Below are positions 37,168 through 44,388 of a stretch of DNA of 64,000 nucleotides, one piece after another. The notes under the pieces were generated by a model. That model had not been told where the DNA came from and did not search any database. It worked only from the letters and a program-made list of their open reading frames with translations. The DNA is from Eubacteriales bacterium. GTDB lineage: Bacteria; Bacillota; Clostridia; Oscillospirales; JAAYXM01. The translations under genes and the position numbers were made by a program. The stretch is taken from assembly GCA_045539475.1 (NCBI GenBank), contig JAZQFJ010000085.1, positions 22,320 to 86,319 on the forward strand. Reading direction: 5' to 3'. How positions within the stretch are numbered: position 1 is the first letter of the stretch; each line of letters begins with the position of its first letter.

Positions 37168-38058
37168 ATGCTCGTCAAGAAAATTGATATTCACGTCCAC
37201 ACAACCTTTTGGGCAGATGATATGCAGCGCTTTAATGGCGCGAGATTTGCTACTCCGGAAGAGCTTTGCGAGATATATGACCGTATGGGAATAGAACTCG
37301 GTGTACTTTTGCCGGCAGTAAACCCCGAAGCAGCTTTTCACAACAACACAAACCGCGATTGTTGTGAAATTGCGGAAAGGTATCCTGAAAGATTTGTGTG
37401 GTTCTGTAACATAGACCCTCGCATGGGAAAGAATTCACCCGATACAGATTTCACACATTTTTTGGAATACTATAAGGCTCAGGGGGCAAAAGGTGTGGGA
37501 GAGGTTACTGCAAATATGTATTTTGATGACCCGATGGTTGAAAATCTCTTTTCTCACGCGGAAAAGGCAGGACTTCCGGTAACGTTTCATATAGGAAATC
37601 CGGGCAACGACATTGGGCTTATTGATGAAGTGGGGCTTCCGCGCCTTGAAAAAGCGTTGCAGAAATTTCCGAAGCTTATTTTTCTCGGTCATTCACAGAA
37701 ATTCTGGGCAGAGATAAGCGGTGAAGTAGGAAATCGTGACGGCTATCCCAAAGGTGAAGTTCTTCCGGGTGGAAGGCTTATTGAGCTTATGAGAAAATAT
37801 CCAAATCTTCATGGCGATTTGTCATCGGGGAGCGGGCAAAATGCAATTATGCGCGATCCGGCCTTCGGTTATAAGTTCTTGGATGAGTTTCAAGACAGGC
37901 TCTACTTCGGCACGGATATTTGTACGCCCAATCAATGGGAGCGTCTTGTGCTTTCGGAATTCCTCGACAATGCGGTTGAAAACAGCCATATCTCGCAGGA
38001 GTGCTACAACAAGGTGTGCCGTGAAAATGCAATAAGACTTCTTAAACTAGATGATTAA
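37168..38058 (+). CDS. amidohydrolase family (Amidohydro_2-like) metal-dependent hydrolase
   Basis: IDIHVHT metal-binding motif. GAGGA RBS precedes ATG 37168. An alternative ATGA-overlap start exists at 37153. Confidence 0.75.
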   Translation: MLVKKIDIHVHTTFWADDMQRFNGARFATPEELCEIYDRMGIELGVLLPAVNPEAAFHNNTNRDCCEIAERYPERFVWFCNIDPRMGKNSPDTDFTHFLEYYKAQGAKGVGEVTANMYFDDPMVENLFSHAEKAGLPVTFHIGNPGNDIGLIDEVGLPRLEKALQKFPKLIFLGHSQKFWAEISGEVGNRDGYPKGEVLPGGRLIELMRKYPNLHGDLSSGSGQNAIMRDPAFGYKFLDEFQDRLYFGTDICTPNQWERLVLSEFLDNAVENSHISQECYNKVCRENAIRLLKLDD

Positions 38059-38184
38059 GATAAGATTATGGCGAATGTGATTGAATTTGCTGTGAATTTT
38101 GCTTGTGCTGAGCAGGCAATACGCCTATAATCTTTACAAAATTGCGACAGACAGCAGAATAGTCATCGTATCCGCAGAACAAAA

Positions 38185-38215
38185 AACAGAGGTTATTTTA
38201 TCCCCTCTGTTTTTA
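38185..38215 (+). terminator. terminator of the glycan operon
   Basis: AACAGAGG / CCTCTGTT stem followed by a T run. Confidence 0.65.
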
Positions 38216-38298
38216 TCCGTTCACAGGCTTTTTTTAATTATTTTTCGTAGGATCTACTTGGTTACTCAAACTTTTATTATAGAGCCCAAAAACAAAAA

Positions 38299-38324
38299 CC
38301 ACAGTGAAATTTCACTGTGGTTTT
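38299..38324 (+). terminator. orphan canonical terminator with no upstream ORF
   Basis: CCACAGTGAA / TTCACTGTGG perfect 10-bp stem, 2-nt loop, then TTTT. Lies 11 nt upstream of the R2 palindrome. Confidence 0.6.
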
Positions 38325-38335
38325 GCATACCCAAC

Positions 38336-38419
38336 ATTGTGGATATGAGTGGCAGGGGCAGAGTGACACCCGACATATCCACAATATAGCGCAAATGCGC
38401 TTGAATGCTGGATTTATAT
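38336..38419 (+). repeat. R2, right copy of the direct repeat, embedded in a 50-bp palindrome
   Basis: 12-bp perfect arms ATTGTGGATATG (38336-38347) / CATATCCACAAT (38374-38385) with a 26-nt spacer. 38345-38419 aligns to R1. The right end overlaps the Fic stop codon. Confidence 0.85.
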
Positions 38420-39139
38420 CAATTTCAAATATTCATCTAACTGCTGTTCTTCAAGCTCAGCAATGAAGTTTGCAAACGGTTCTAAATTCTTATTAACTGC
38501 GTATTCTTCCAAAGCATTGTAGTAGTCGAGCCTTTTTTCTTTGTCAACAGAAATTGGTAAGAACCCTAGGGTCATCAACTGGTAATTCATAAGCAGTCTG
38601 CTTGTGCGACCATTTCCGTCTATGAATGGATGAATACGAACAAACTCTGCATGTGTCCACGCTGCAAGCTCTATCGAATTAAGTTCGGTTTTGTGTTTTA
38701 AATCCTCATAAAAAGCCTTAATCTGTATATACATTTCGTTCCCGCTCGGCGGAGTAAATCCTGCACCGCTTATGCGGACTTCTTGATTTCTGTATATGCC
38801 ACCGACAATAATGTTTTCTGTAAGTATTGCATGTAAATCCTTAACGATGTTTTCGTCAAGAGGTTTATCCTCTGCAATACATTTTTTTACATATCCATAC
38901 GCCTTTTTATGGTTTATAACCTCGTAAATCTCGCGCAGTTCTTTACCTCCGATGGATACACCGTCTTCAAGAACAACCTTCGTTTCCATAAGAGTAAGGG
39001 TGTTTCCTTCGATTGCGGTAGAGTTATGCGTGAAGCGCAATTCGAAATCTTTTTCGTAAGACGAAAGAGTAACAGAATCTATTTTTGCTTTGTTGTTTTC
39101 ATATTTGATTTTCTTTGCTAAGATTCTTTCAAAATCCAT
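38414..39139 (-). CDS. Fic family protein (class II, N-terminal inhibitory motif)
   Basis: HPFIDGNGRTSR Fic motif. STAIEGN matches the [ST]xxxE[GN] inhibitory helix. AAGGAG RBS. Confidence 0.9.
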   Translation of the reverse strand: MDFERILAKKIKYENNKAKIDSVTLSSYEKDFELRFTHNSTAIEGNTLTLMETKVVLEDGVSIGGKELREIYEVINHKKAYGYVKKCIAEDKPLDENIVKDLHAILTENIIVGGIYRNQEVRISGAGFTPPSGNEMYIQIKAFYEDLKHKTELNSIELAAWTHAEFVRIHPFIDGNGRTSRLLMNYQLMTLGFLPISVDKEKRLDYYNALEEYAVNKNLEPFANFIAELEEQQLDEYLKLI

Positions 39140-39266
39140 TTTCTATACTCCTTCCTGTAAATTTTATATATCTTATTATATCATATTACAATAGATATCT
39201 CAACATTTTTCAAAAGCACAAAAAGCATTTTCCTTAATTTGTTTTATATATTATCCTTTTATAGAC

Positions 39267-39290
39267 GAGTATCTGCACATGCAGATGCTC
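39267..39290. promoter_or_regulatory. operator-like palindrome upstream of the Mor-like operon
   Basis: GAGTATCTGCA CA TGCAGATGCTC, with 7-bp perfect core arms at 39271-39277 and 39280-39286. A TG-adjacent TATAAT is present at about 39370. Confidence 0.3.
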
Positions 39291-39397
39291 AATTTTTATG
39301 CCGAAATTTGCAATGTAAATTTCAATGAATTTTGCAAATGGTAATTTCAAAGAAAAAAGTCTAAAATTGTATAATATAAGCGGGAGGTGAAAGACAA

Positions 39398-39640
39398 ATG
39401 GAAGCAAAAGATTTTGCAGATATTTATAAAGAAATTGCCGTTGCAGCAGGTGCAGAAACAGCTGTTGCCATACATAAATTGTTTAAAGGTCAGCAGATTT
39501 TGTTTCCTCAGAAGCTGTATAAAAAAGAATTCATTTATGGCTACATCAGACAAAATTACAACGGCAAAAATGTTCGTGAGCTGTCGCAGATGTTTGGTTA
39601 TTCAGACAGAAGAGTGCGGCAAATCCTAAATCTGAAATAA
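39398..39640 (+). CDS. Mor transcription-activator-family-like small HTH protein
   Basis: 80 aa. ...IAVAAGAETAVAIHKLFKGQQILFP... and a C-terminal HTH (VRELSQMFGYSDRRVRQIL). GGGAGGTG RBS. Confidence 0.6.
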   Translation: MEAKDFADIYKEIAVAAGAETAVAIHKLFKGQQILFPQKLYKKEFIYGYIRQNYNGKNVRELSQMFGYSDRRVRQILNLK

Positions 39641-39656
39641 GAAGGAGTTTTTAATT

Positions 39657-39869
39657 ATGAAGCAGGCGGTAAATTTAAAGAACTTTAAAAAGTGTGCTTT
39701 TTGCAAATATTGGTACGACCCGACAAATGAGCATATTGCCCCTAAAGCACCAAACATCAATGTTTGGACGTATGAAACCAGTGCAAGGTGTAAGTGTATA
39801 AAGAGAAATCTGACCATGAGCTCTACAAATGCATGTGCACATTATGAATGCAAGGTGCCTATAAACTAA
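39657..39869 (+). CDS. small Cys-rich hypothetical protein
   Basis: 70 aa. CAFCKYW...CKC...C.HYEC. AAGGAG RBS. Confidence 0.55.
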   Translation: MKQAVNLKNFKKCAFCKYWYDPTNEHIAPKAPNINVWTYETSARCKCIKRNLTMSSTNACAHYECKVPIN

Positions 39870-39893
39870 GCGAAAACAAAGAGAGGTCTGAAA

Positions 39894-40802
39894 ATGGACA
39901 ATAAACAGATTGAGAAGATCAACATAATAAAGTCGTATCTGCCGAAGTGTATATCAATCTACGATGCGCATGTGTACGGCAATATACCCAAAGATAAGTT
40001 CCTTAATGCCTGCAATTCCTATGCCGGTAAGGTTGGATACAACGAAACAATTGGTTTGATTGACGAAACGGTGTTTGGTAGTGGGAAAAAGGGGTTTTTA
40101 TTTACCTTTGATGGGTATTACTACGACGGTTGTGGTTCAATAAAATTGTATAAAAATAATACGAAATTTAATGGCTTAGGATCGTCGTATAATTTAGCGA
40201 TGATGAATGAAATGTTGCAAAAACTGTATGAGGTCGAGGTCAGAAAATCAAAGCTCGAAAATTTTCTTGATACAACTCTCGAAATAGGTCAGGCGATTCT
40301 TGAGAATATTGATGATGTTGATAACATTATTGAATATGTCGCTGATGAGCTTTCGGGTGATGCCTATGCATTCAATTTTTCGGAAACAGAAGACCTTAAG
40401 GAAAACCTGCAACAGATTTCAGATAACATTCGCAAGGCAAACGATTTTCTCGAAAAGATGGATAAAGCAGCTGAAAGGGCAAAAGAGGTGCTCGGAAAAC
40501 AAAATGAAGATGCGGCTATAGGTGTATTCTTTGTATATCTTGAAAAAGCAGATTCCGGCCTTGCGGAAGAAATGGACGAGATGTTTGAACTTTTAATAAC
40601 CAACATGGAACTTGACTTGGATTATGAAGTAAAATTCGCGGATATTATCGACGAAGTAAAAGAAGCTTTTGATAATCTGGAAGTGTCGCAAATTGCACTT
40701 GCAAAAATAGCAATTACGGCTTTTATAGCGAATTTAAAGCTCATAAAATTAAAAGGCTCTGTGCTGTCGCAGTGTGTTGATACACTAATTGAAAATGTAT
40801 AG
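39894..40802 (+). CDS. hypothetical protein (PH/GRAM-like N-terminus, acidic coiled-coil C-terminus)
   Basis: 302 aa. N-terminal DETVFGSGKKGFLFTFDGYYY resembles bacterial PH-like modules. No catalytic motif recognised. Confidence 0.55.
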   Translation: MDNKQIEKINIIKSYLPKCISIYDAHVYGNIPKDKFLNACNSYAGKVGYNETIGLIDETVFGSGKKGFLFTFDGYYYDGCGSIKLYKNNTKFNGLGSSYNLAMMNEMLQKLYEVEVRKSKLENFLDTTLEIGQAILENIDDVDNIIEYVADELSGDAYAFNFSETEDLKENLQQISDNIRKANDFLEKMDKAAERAKEVLGKQNEDAAIGVFFVYLEKADSGLAEEMDEMFELLITNMELDLDYEVKFADIIDEVKEAFDNLEVSQIALAKIAITAFIANLKLIKLKGSVLSQCVDTLIENV

Positions 40803-40810
40803 TTTGTAGT

Positions 40811-40850
40811 AAAAGCTACCCTGTGCTGAAATAAACACAGGGTAGCTTTT
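40811..40850. terminator. bidirectional terminator
   Basis: 15-bp perfect stem AAAAGCTACCCTGTG / CACAGGGTAGCTTTT with A/T runs on both sides. Confidence 0.85.
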
Positions 40851-41023
40851 TATAAATACTTCAAATATTCAATGACTGAATCACGGGTAACGCGCCATCT
40901 TCGACCTATCTTAAAACCTTCCAATTCTCCGCTGTGAAGTAGGTCGAGTAAAGTATTTTTGCCGACTTTTAATAAGTCTTTACATTCATTGAATGTCATG
41001 ATTTCGGGGATATTTTTAAACAT
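40850..41023 (-). CDS. excisionase-type (MerR-like) HTH DNA-binding protein
   Basis: Below the track cutoff. AAGGAG RBS. Hand translation: MFKNIPEIMTFNECKDLLKVGKNTLLDLLHSGELEGFKIGRRWRVTRDSVIEYLKYL. The (G)xxW(R/K)(V/I) pattern is typical of Xis/AlpA-type HTH proteins. Confidence 0.7.
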   Translation of the reverse strand: MFKNIPEIMTFNECKDLLKVGKNTLLDLLHSGELEGFKIGRRWRVTRDSVIEYLKYL

Positions 41024-41165
41024 AAAATCCCGCTCCTTCCTTTTATTTTTTGTTTTATATTAGTGTTCATAAGATTATATAAGTTTATATTCTCCCGTGC
41101 AAACAAAAACTTTTTAAGTTATATATTATACATTTATAAAGGTCTTGAAAGGAGGAATATAAACT

Positions 41166-41447
41166 TTGTTTGACAACTGTAAATTTGTAAGCTGTGGTGT
41201 TGCAAATGAAATACCGCCGCTTCTGCAGCTCTTTATGTGGGAGCTCATCAGACAAATGCCTGTGGATAAAGATTATCTGCAGGTGTTTTCTTTATCTTCT
41301 GATAACGGAAAACAGAAGATAAAACATCATCAGGAAGTGCCTGAATACAGCAAAGAGTACGTTATAAACATGAAGCCTGTTACAAATACGATCTATGTAA
41401 TAGACGATGAAACGCACTCTACTATGCTGCTGGCAGAAGAATACTGA
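41166..41447 (+). CDS. hypothetical protein (possibly DUF960-like)
   Basis: 93 aa. TTG start 9 nt after AGGAGG. The family name is weak recollection. Confidence 0.45.
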   Translation: MFDNCKFVSCGVANEIPPLLQLFMWELIRQMPVDKDYLQVFSLSSDNGKQKIKHHQEVPEYSKEYVINMKPVTNTIYVIDDETHSTMLLAEEY

Positions 41448-41461
41448 AAGGAAAGGATATC

Positions 41462-42568
41462 ATGAACAAAAATGTAGTGTGCTCTGTATGCGGAGCGAAA
41501 TTGACAGAAGAAGCCGCAATGGAATTTGGCGGGCAGATTATGTGTGAAACTTGTTTTAATGAAAAAACAGTTTTATGCGATAACTGCAACAAAAGAATTT
41601 GGAGGGATGATGCCGAAGAAGATTCAAATTACACACTCTGTTGCCATTGTTACGAATACAGCTTTGTCTCATGCGAACGCTGTGGGAGACTGATTCATAA
41701 TGACGATGCCTTGTATGAAGAGGGCGAAGATTACCCATATTGTCGGGACTGCTTTGAAAAGCTGAATGACAATGCAATAAAAAATTACAGTTATAAGCCT
41801 GAGCCGATTTTCTACGGTTCAGGCAATTTGTTTTATGGGATTGAATTGGAAATAGACAAAGGCGGCGAAGATGATTCAAATGCTCAAAAATTACTTGATA
41901 TTGCAAATAGAAACGGCGAAAAAATCTATTGCAAGCACGACGGCAGTATCAATGACGGTTTTGAAATTGTATCTCATCCCATGAGTCTTGACTATCACAT
42001 CAACAATATGAATTGGATTGAGATTTTTGAAAAGGCGACGGCTATGGGTTATCGTTCTCATAATACAGCCACCTGCGGCTTACATATCCACTGCTCCCGC
42101 TCGGCGTTCGGAAAAACTTACGAAGCGCAGGAACAAGCTATCGGAAGAGTGGTATTCTTTGTGGAAAAGCACTGGAACGAGCTTGTCAAACTCAGCAGGC
42201 GCACAACAGAGAACCTCAACAGATGGGCAGCTAAATATGCCACAATTTCCGAGACAACCGGAGAAACGTACAAAAAGGCAAAAGACAAGCATATGGGAAG
42301 ATATGTGGCAGTAAATCTCGAAAACTACAACACGATAGAGTTTCGTATGTTCCGCGGAACTCTTTGTTACAAAACTTTTATAGCCACCTTGCAGTTGGCT
42401 GACGAAATATGTTATCAGGCGATTAACCTGTCTGACAGAGAAATAGAAGAGCTGTCATGGTCTGAGTTCACAGCAAGGATTTTACCGAAAAAGCATGAGC
42501 TTATCGAGTATCTGAAAGCCAAGAGACTTTATGTAAACGATGTAATAACAGAAAGCGAGGAGATGTAA
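41462..42568 (+). CDS. amidoligase family enzyme (Amidoligase_2, GCS2/glutamine-synthetase-like) with N-terminal triple Zn-ribbon
   Basis: Six CxxC pairs lie in aa 7-97. The core GIELEIDKGG...KHDGSINDGFEIVSHPM...CGLHIH...IEFRMFRGT matches the amidoligase signature as I recall it. Confidence 0.75.
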   Translation: MNKNVVCSVCGAKLTEEAAMEFGGQIMCETCFNEKTVLCDNCNKRIWRDDAEEDSNYTLCCHCYEYSFVSCERCGRLIHNDDALYEEGEDYPYCRDCFEKLNDNAIKNYSYKPEPIFYGSGNLFYGIELEIDKGGEDDSNAQKLLDIANRNGEKIYCKHDGSINDGFEIVSHPMSLDYHINNMNWIEIFEKATAMGYRSHNTATCGLHIHCSRSAFGKTYEAQEQAIGRVVFFVEKHWNELVKLSRRTTENLNRWAAKYATISETTGETYKKAKDKHMGRYVAVNLENYNTIEFRMFRGTLCYKTFIATLQLADEICYQAINLSDREIEELSWSEFTARILPKKHELIEYLKAKRLYVNDVITESEEM

Positions 42569-43501
42569 ATGTGCGGATTGTTCGGTTTTTCAAAATACAG
42601 CAAAGATGAAATTAAAAATCTTTCAGTGCTGACAAACTCTTTGGCTGAGCAATCAGCAGTAAGAGGCACAGATGCCACCGGAATTGCTTTTACAGGCTCC
42701 GGTGGCATTAATGTTATTAAAGACAGTAAATCGGCTTACAGAATGGATTTCAAGCATTCTGATAACATTACGGCATTGATAGGTCATACACGTCACAGTA
42801 CGCAAGGAAGCGAAAAGCGAAATATCAACAATCACCCGTTCTGTTCAAAACACGGCGATTCGCGCTTTGCTCTTGCTCATAACGGAGTGTTGACCAATGA
42901 TAAAGAGCTTCGCAGAAAGCTTAAGTTACCCAAAACGAAGATTGAAACCGATAGCTACATAGCAGTACAGCTTATAGAAAGCCAAAAACACCTGAACTTC
43001 GACAGCATCAGATATATGGCGGAAAAGACGGAAGGAAGTTTTTCATATTCCATACTTGACGAAAAGAATAATATCTATCTTGTCAAAGGTGACAGCCCGC
43101 TGACTGTACTTCATTTTCCGTTGCTAAAAATGTATGTGTATGCATCCACGGATGAGATACTGTACAAGGCATTGATTGATGTTCCTCTGCTGTTTGGTGC
43201 GCTGAAAAACGGAGAGTTTGAAGAAATAAGCATATCAGAGGGGGAGATATTAAAAATCAAACCGGACGGGGCTACAGAGCGAGATAACTTTGAATATAGC
43301 TATTACTCCGGCAGAGGATGGTGGAATTACGGCTTTGTTTCATCTGAGAGAATAAGTAAGCCAAGAAATGATTATGTAGATGACCTAAAATCCGTTGCGT
43401 CATATTATGGCTACTCTCCCGATTTTGTGGATGAACTTATAACAGCCGGAATCTCGTTGGATGAAATCGAAGAGTATATGTACTGCGGTTGTGAAATTTA
43501 A
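42569..43501 (+). CDS. class II (Ntn) glutamine amidotransferase-like protein
   Basis: Starts MCGLFG (Cys2 nucleophile); HTRHSTQGS...NHPF...AHNG blocks present. The ATG immediately abuts the amidoligase stop (TAAATG). Confidence 0.8.
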   Translation: MCGLFGFSKYSKDEIKNLSVLTNSLAEQSAVRGTDATGIAFTGSGGINVIKDSKSAYRMDFKHSDNITALIGHTRHSTQGSEKRNINNHPFCSKHGDSRFALAHNGVLTNDKELRRKLKLPKTKIETDSYIAVQLIESQKHLNFDSIRYMAEKTEGSFSYSILDEKNNIYLVKGDSPLTVLHFPLLKMYVYASTDEILYKALIDVPLLFGALKNGEFEEISISEGEILKIKPDGATERDNFEYSYYSGRGWWNYGFVSSERISKPRNDYVDDLKSVASYYGYSPDFVDELITAGISLDEIEEYMYCGCEI

Positions 43502-43520
43502 AATGCAAGGAGGAAAAATC

Positions 43521-43604
43521 GTGAAGTTCGCCAGATTTATAGTAAATGCGATCGACCTTATTTTCGATGTAATTACAGAGGTCTACATTAAGCGGAAGCA
43601 TTAG
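43521..43604 (+). CDS. candidate 27-aa peptide ORF
   Basis: AGGAGG RBS 7 nt upstream of GTG. Translation VKFARFIVNAIDLIFDVITEVYIKRKH is amphipathic/hydrophobic with a basic tail. No homology evidence. Confidence 0.25.
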   Translation: MKFARFIVNAIDLIFDVITEVYIKRKH

Positions 43605-43750
43605 CATCCTTAAAGGTGTACCTTTATGAACTCATAAAATATTGAAAAAATAAGGCGAAAAAGTGTCCTTTAAGGTTTGCAGTGAATTTGTGGAAATATC
43701 CATAAACTTAACGACCTTTTTGGACACTTTCTTTTTTGGGAGGAAAGGCA

Positions 43751-44359
43751 ATGGACAACAAAGTTTTTTATTATGCAAGAGTATCAAGCAAAGAACAGAA
43801 TCTCGACCGACAAATTGAGGCATTTAAAAAGCTTGGCGCTGATGAACGTGAAATAATTTGCGATAAAGAGAGCGGGAAGGATTTGGAGCGAAAAGGATAT
43901 CAGGCATTAAAAAATGCGATGCTCCGCAGCGGTGATATTCTTGTAGTAAAATCCCTTGACAGGCTGTCAAGAAACAAATCGGACATCAAGAACGAGCTTC
44001 AATATTTCAAGGATAACAATATCAGACTAAAGGTAATAGATTTACCAACTACAATGATGGACTTGCCCGAAGGTCAAGAATGGGTTTTCGAAATGGTGAA
44101 CAATATTCTGATTGAGGTATTAGGTACAATCGCCGAACAGGAGCGGCAGACAATCCGACAGAGGCAACGCGAAGGTATAGATGCTGCTAAAGCTGCGGGA
44201 AAATACCTCGGTAGACCGAGAGTTACCCTGCCGGATAATTGGGATGAAATCGTTTCAGAGTGGCGGGATAAAAAAATCACCGCGAGAAAAGCTATGGAAT
44301 TGGCAGGTGTTAGTAAGACAAGTTTTTACAAGCTTGTCGGGGCAGAAGAAAAGAGTTGA
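43751..44359 (+). CDS. small serine recombinase (resolvase/invertase family)
   Basis: YYARVSSKEQNLDRQ catalytic Ser region and a C-terminal HTH (AMELAGVSKTSFYKL). GGGAGG RBS precedes ATG 43751; the track ORF starts at 43736. Confidence 0.9.
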   Translation: MDNKVFYYARVSSKEQNLDRQIEAFKKLGADEREIICDKESGKDLERKGYQALKNAMLRSGDILVVKSLDRLSRNKSDIKNELQYFKDNNIRLKVIDLPTTMMDLPEGQEWVFEMVNNILIEVLGTIAEQERQTIRQRQREGIDAAKAAGKYLGRPRVTLPDNWDEIVSEWRDKKITARKAMELAGVSKTSFYKLVGAEEKS

Positions 44360-44379
44360 CTGTGAAGAGTCAACTCTTT
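44350..44379. terminator. bidirectional terminator between the resolvase gene and hsdR
   Basis: AAAGAGTTGAC / GTCAACTCTTT stem overlapping the resolvase stop codon. Confidence 0.7.
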
Positions 44380-44388
44380 TGGGGGGCA

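Noticed and set aside
43632-43823. Minus-strand 63-aa ORF overlapping the resolvase start region.
   Set aside because: It overlaps the resolvase RBS and start on the opposite strand. It has no RBS and no recognisable motif.
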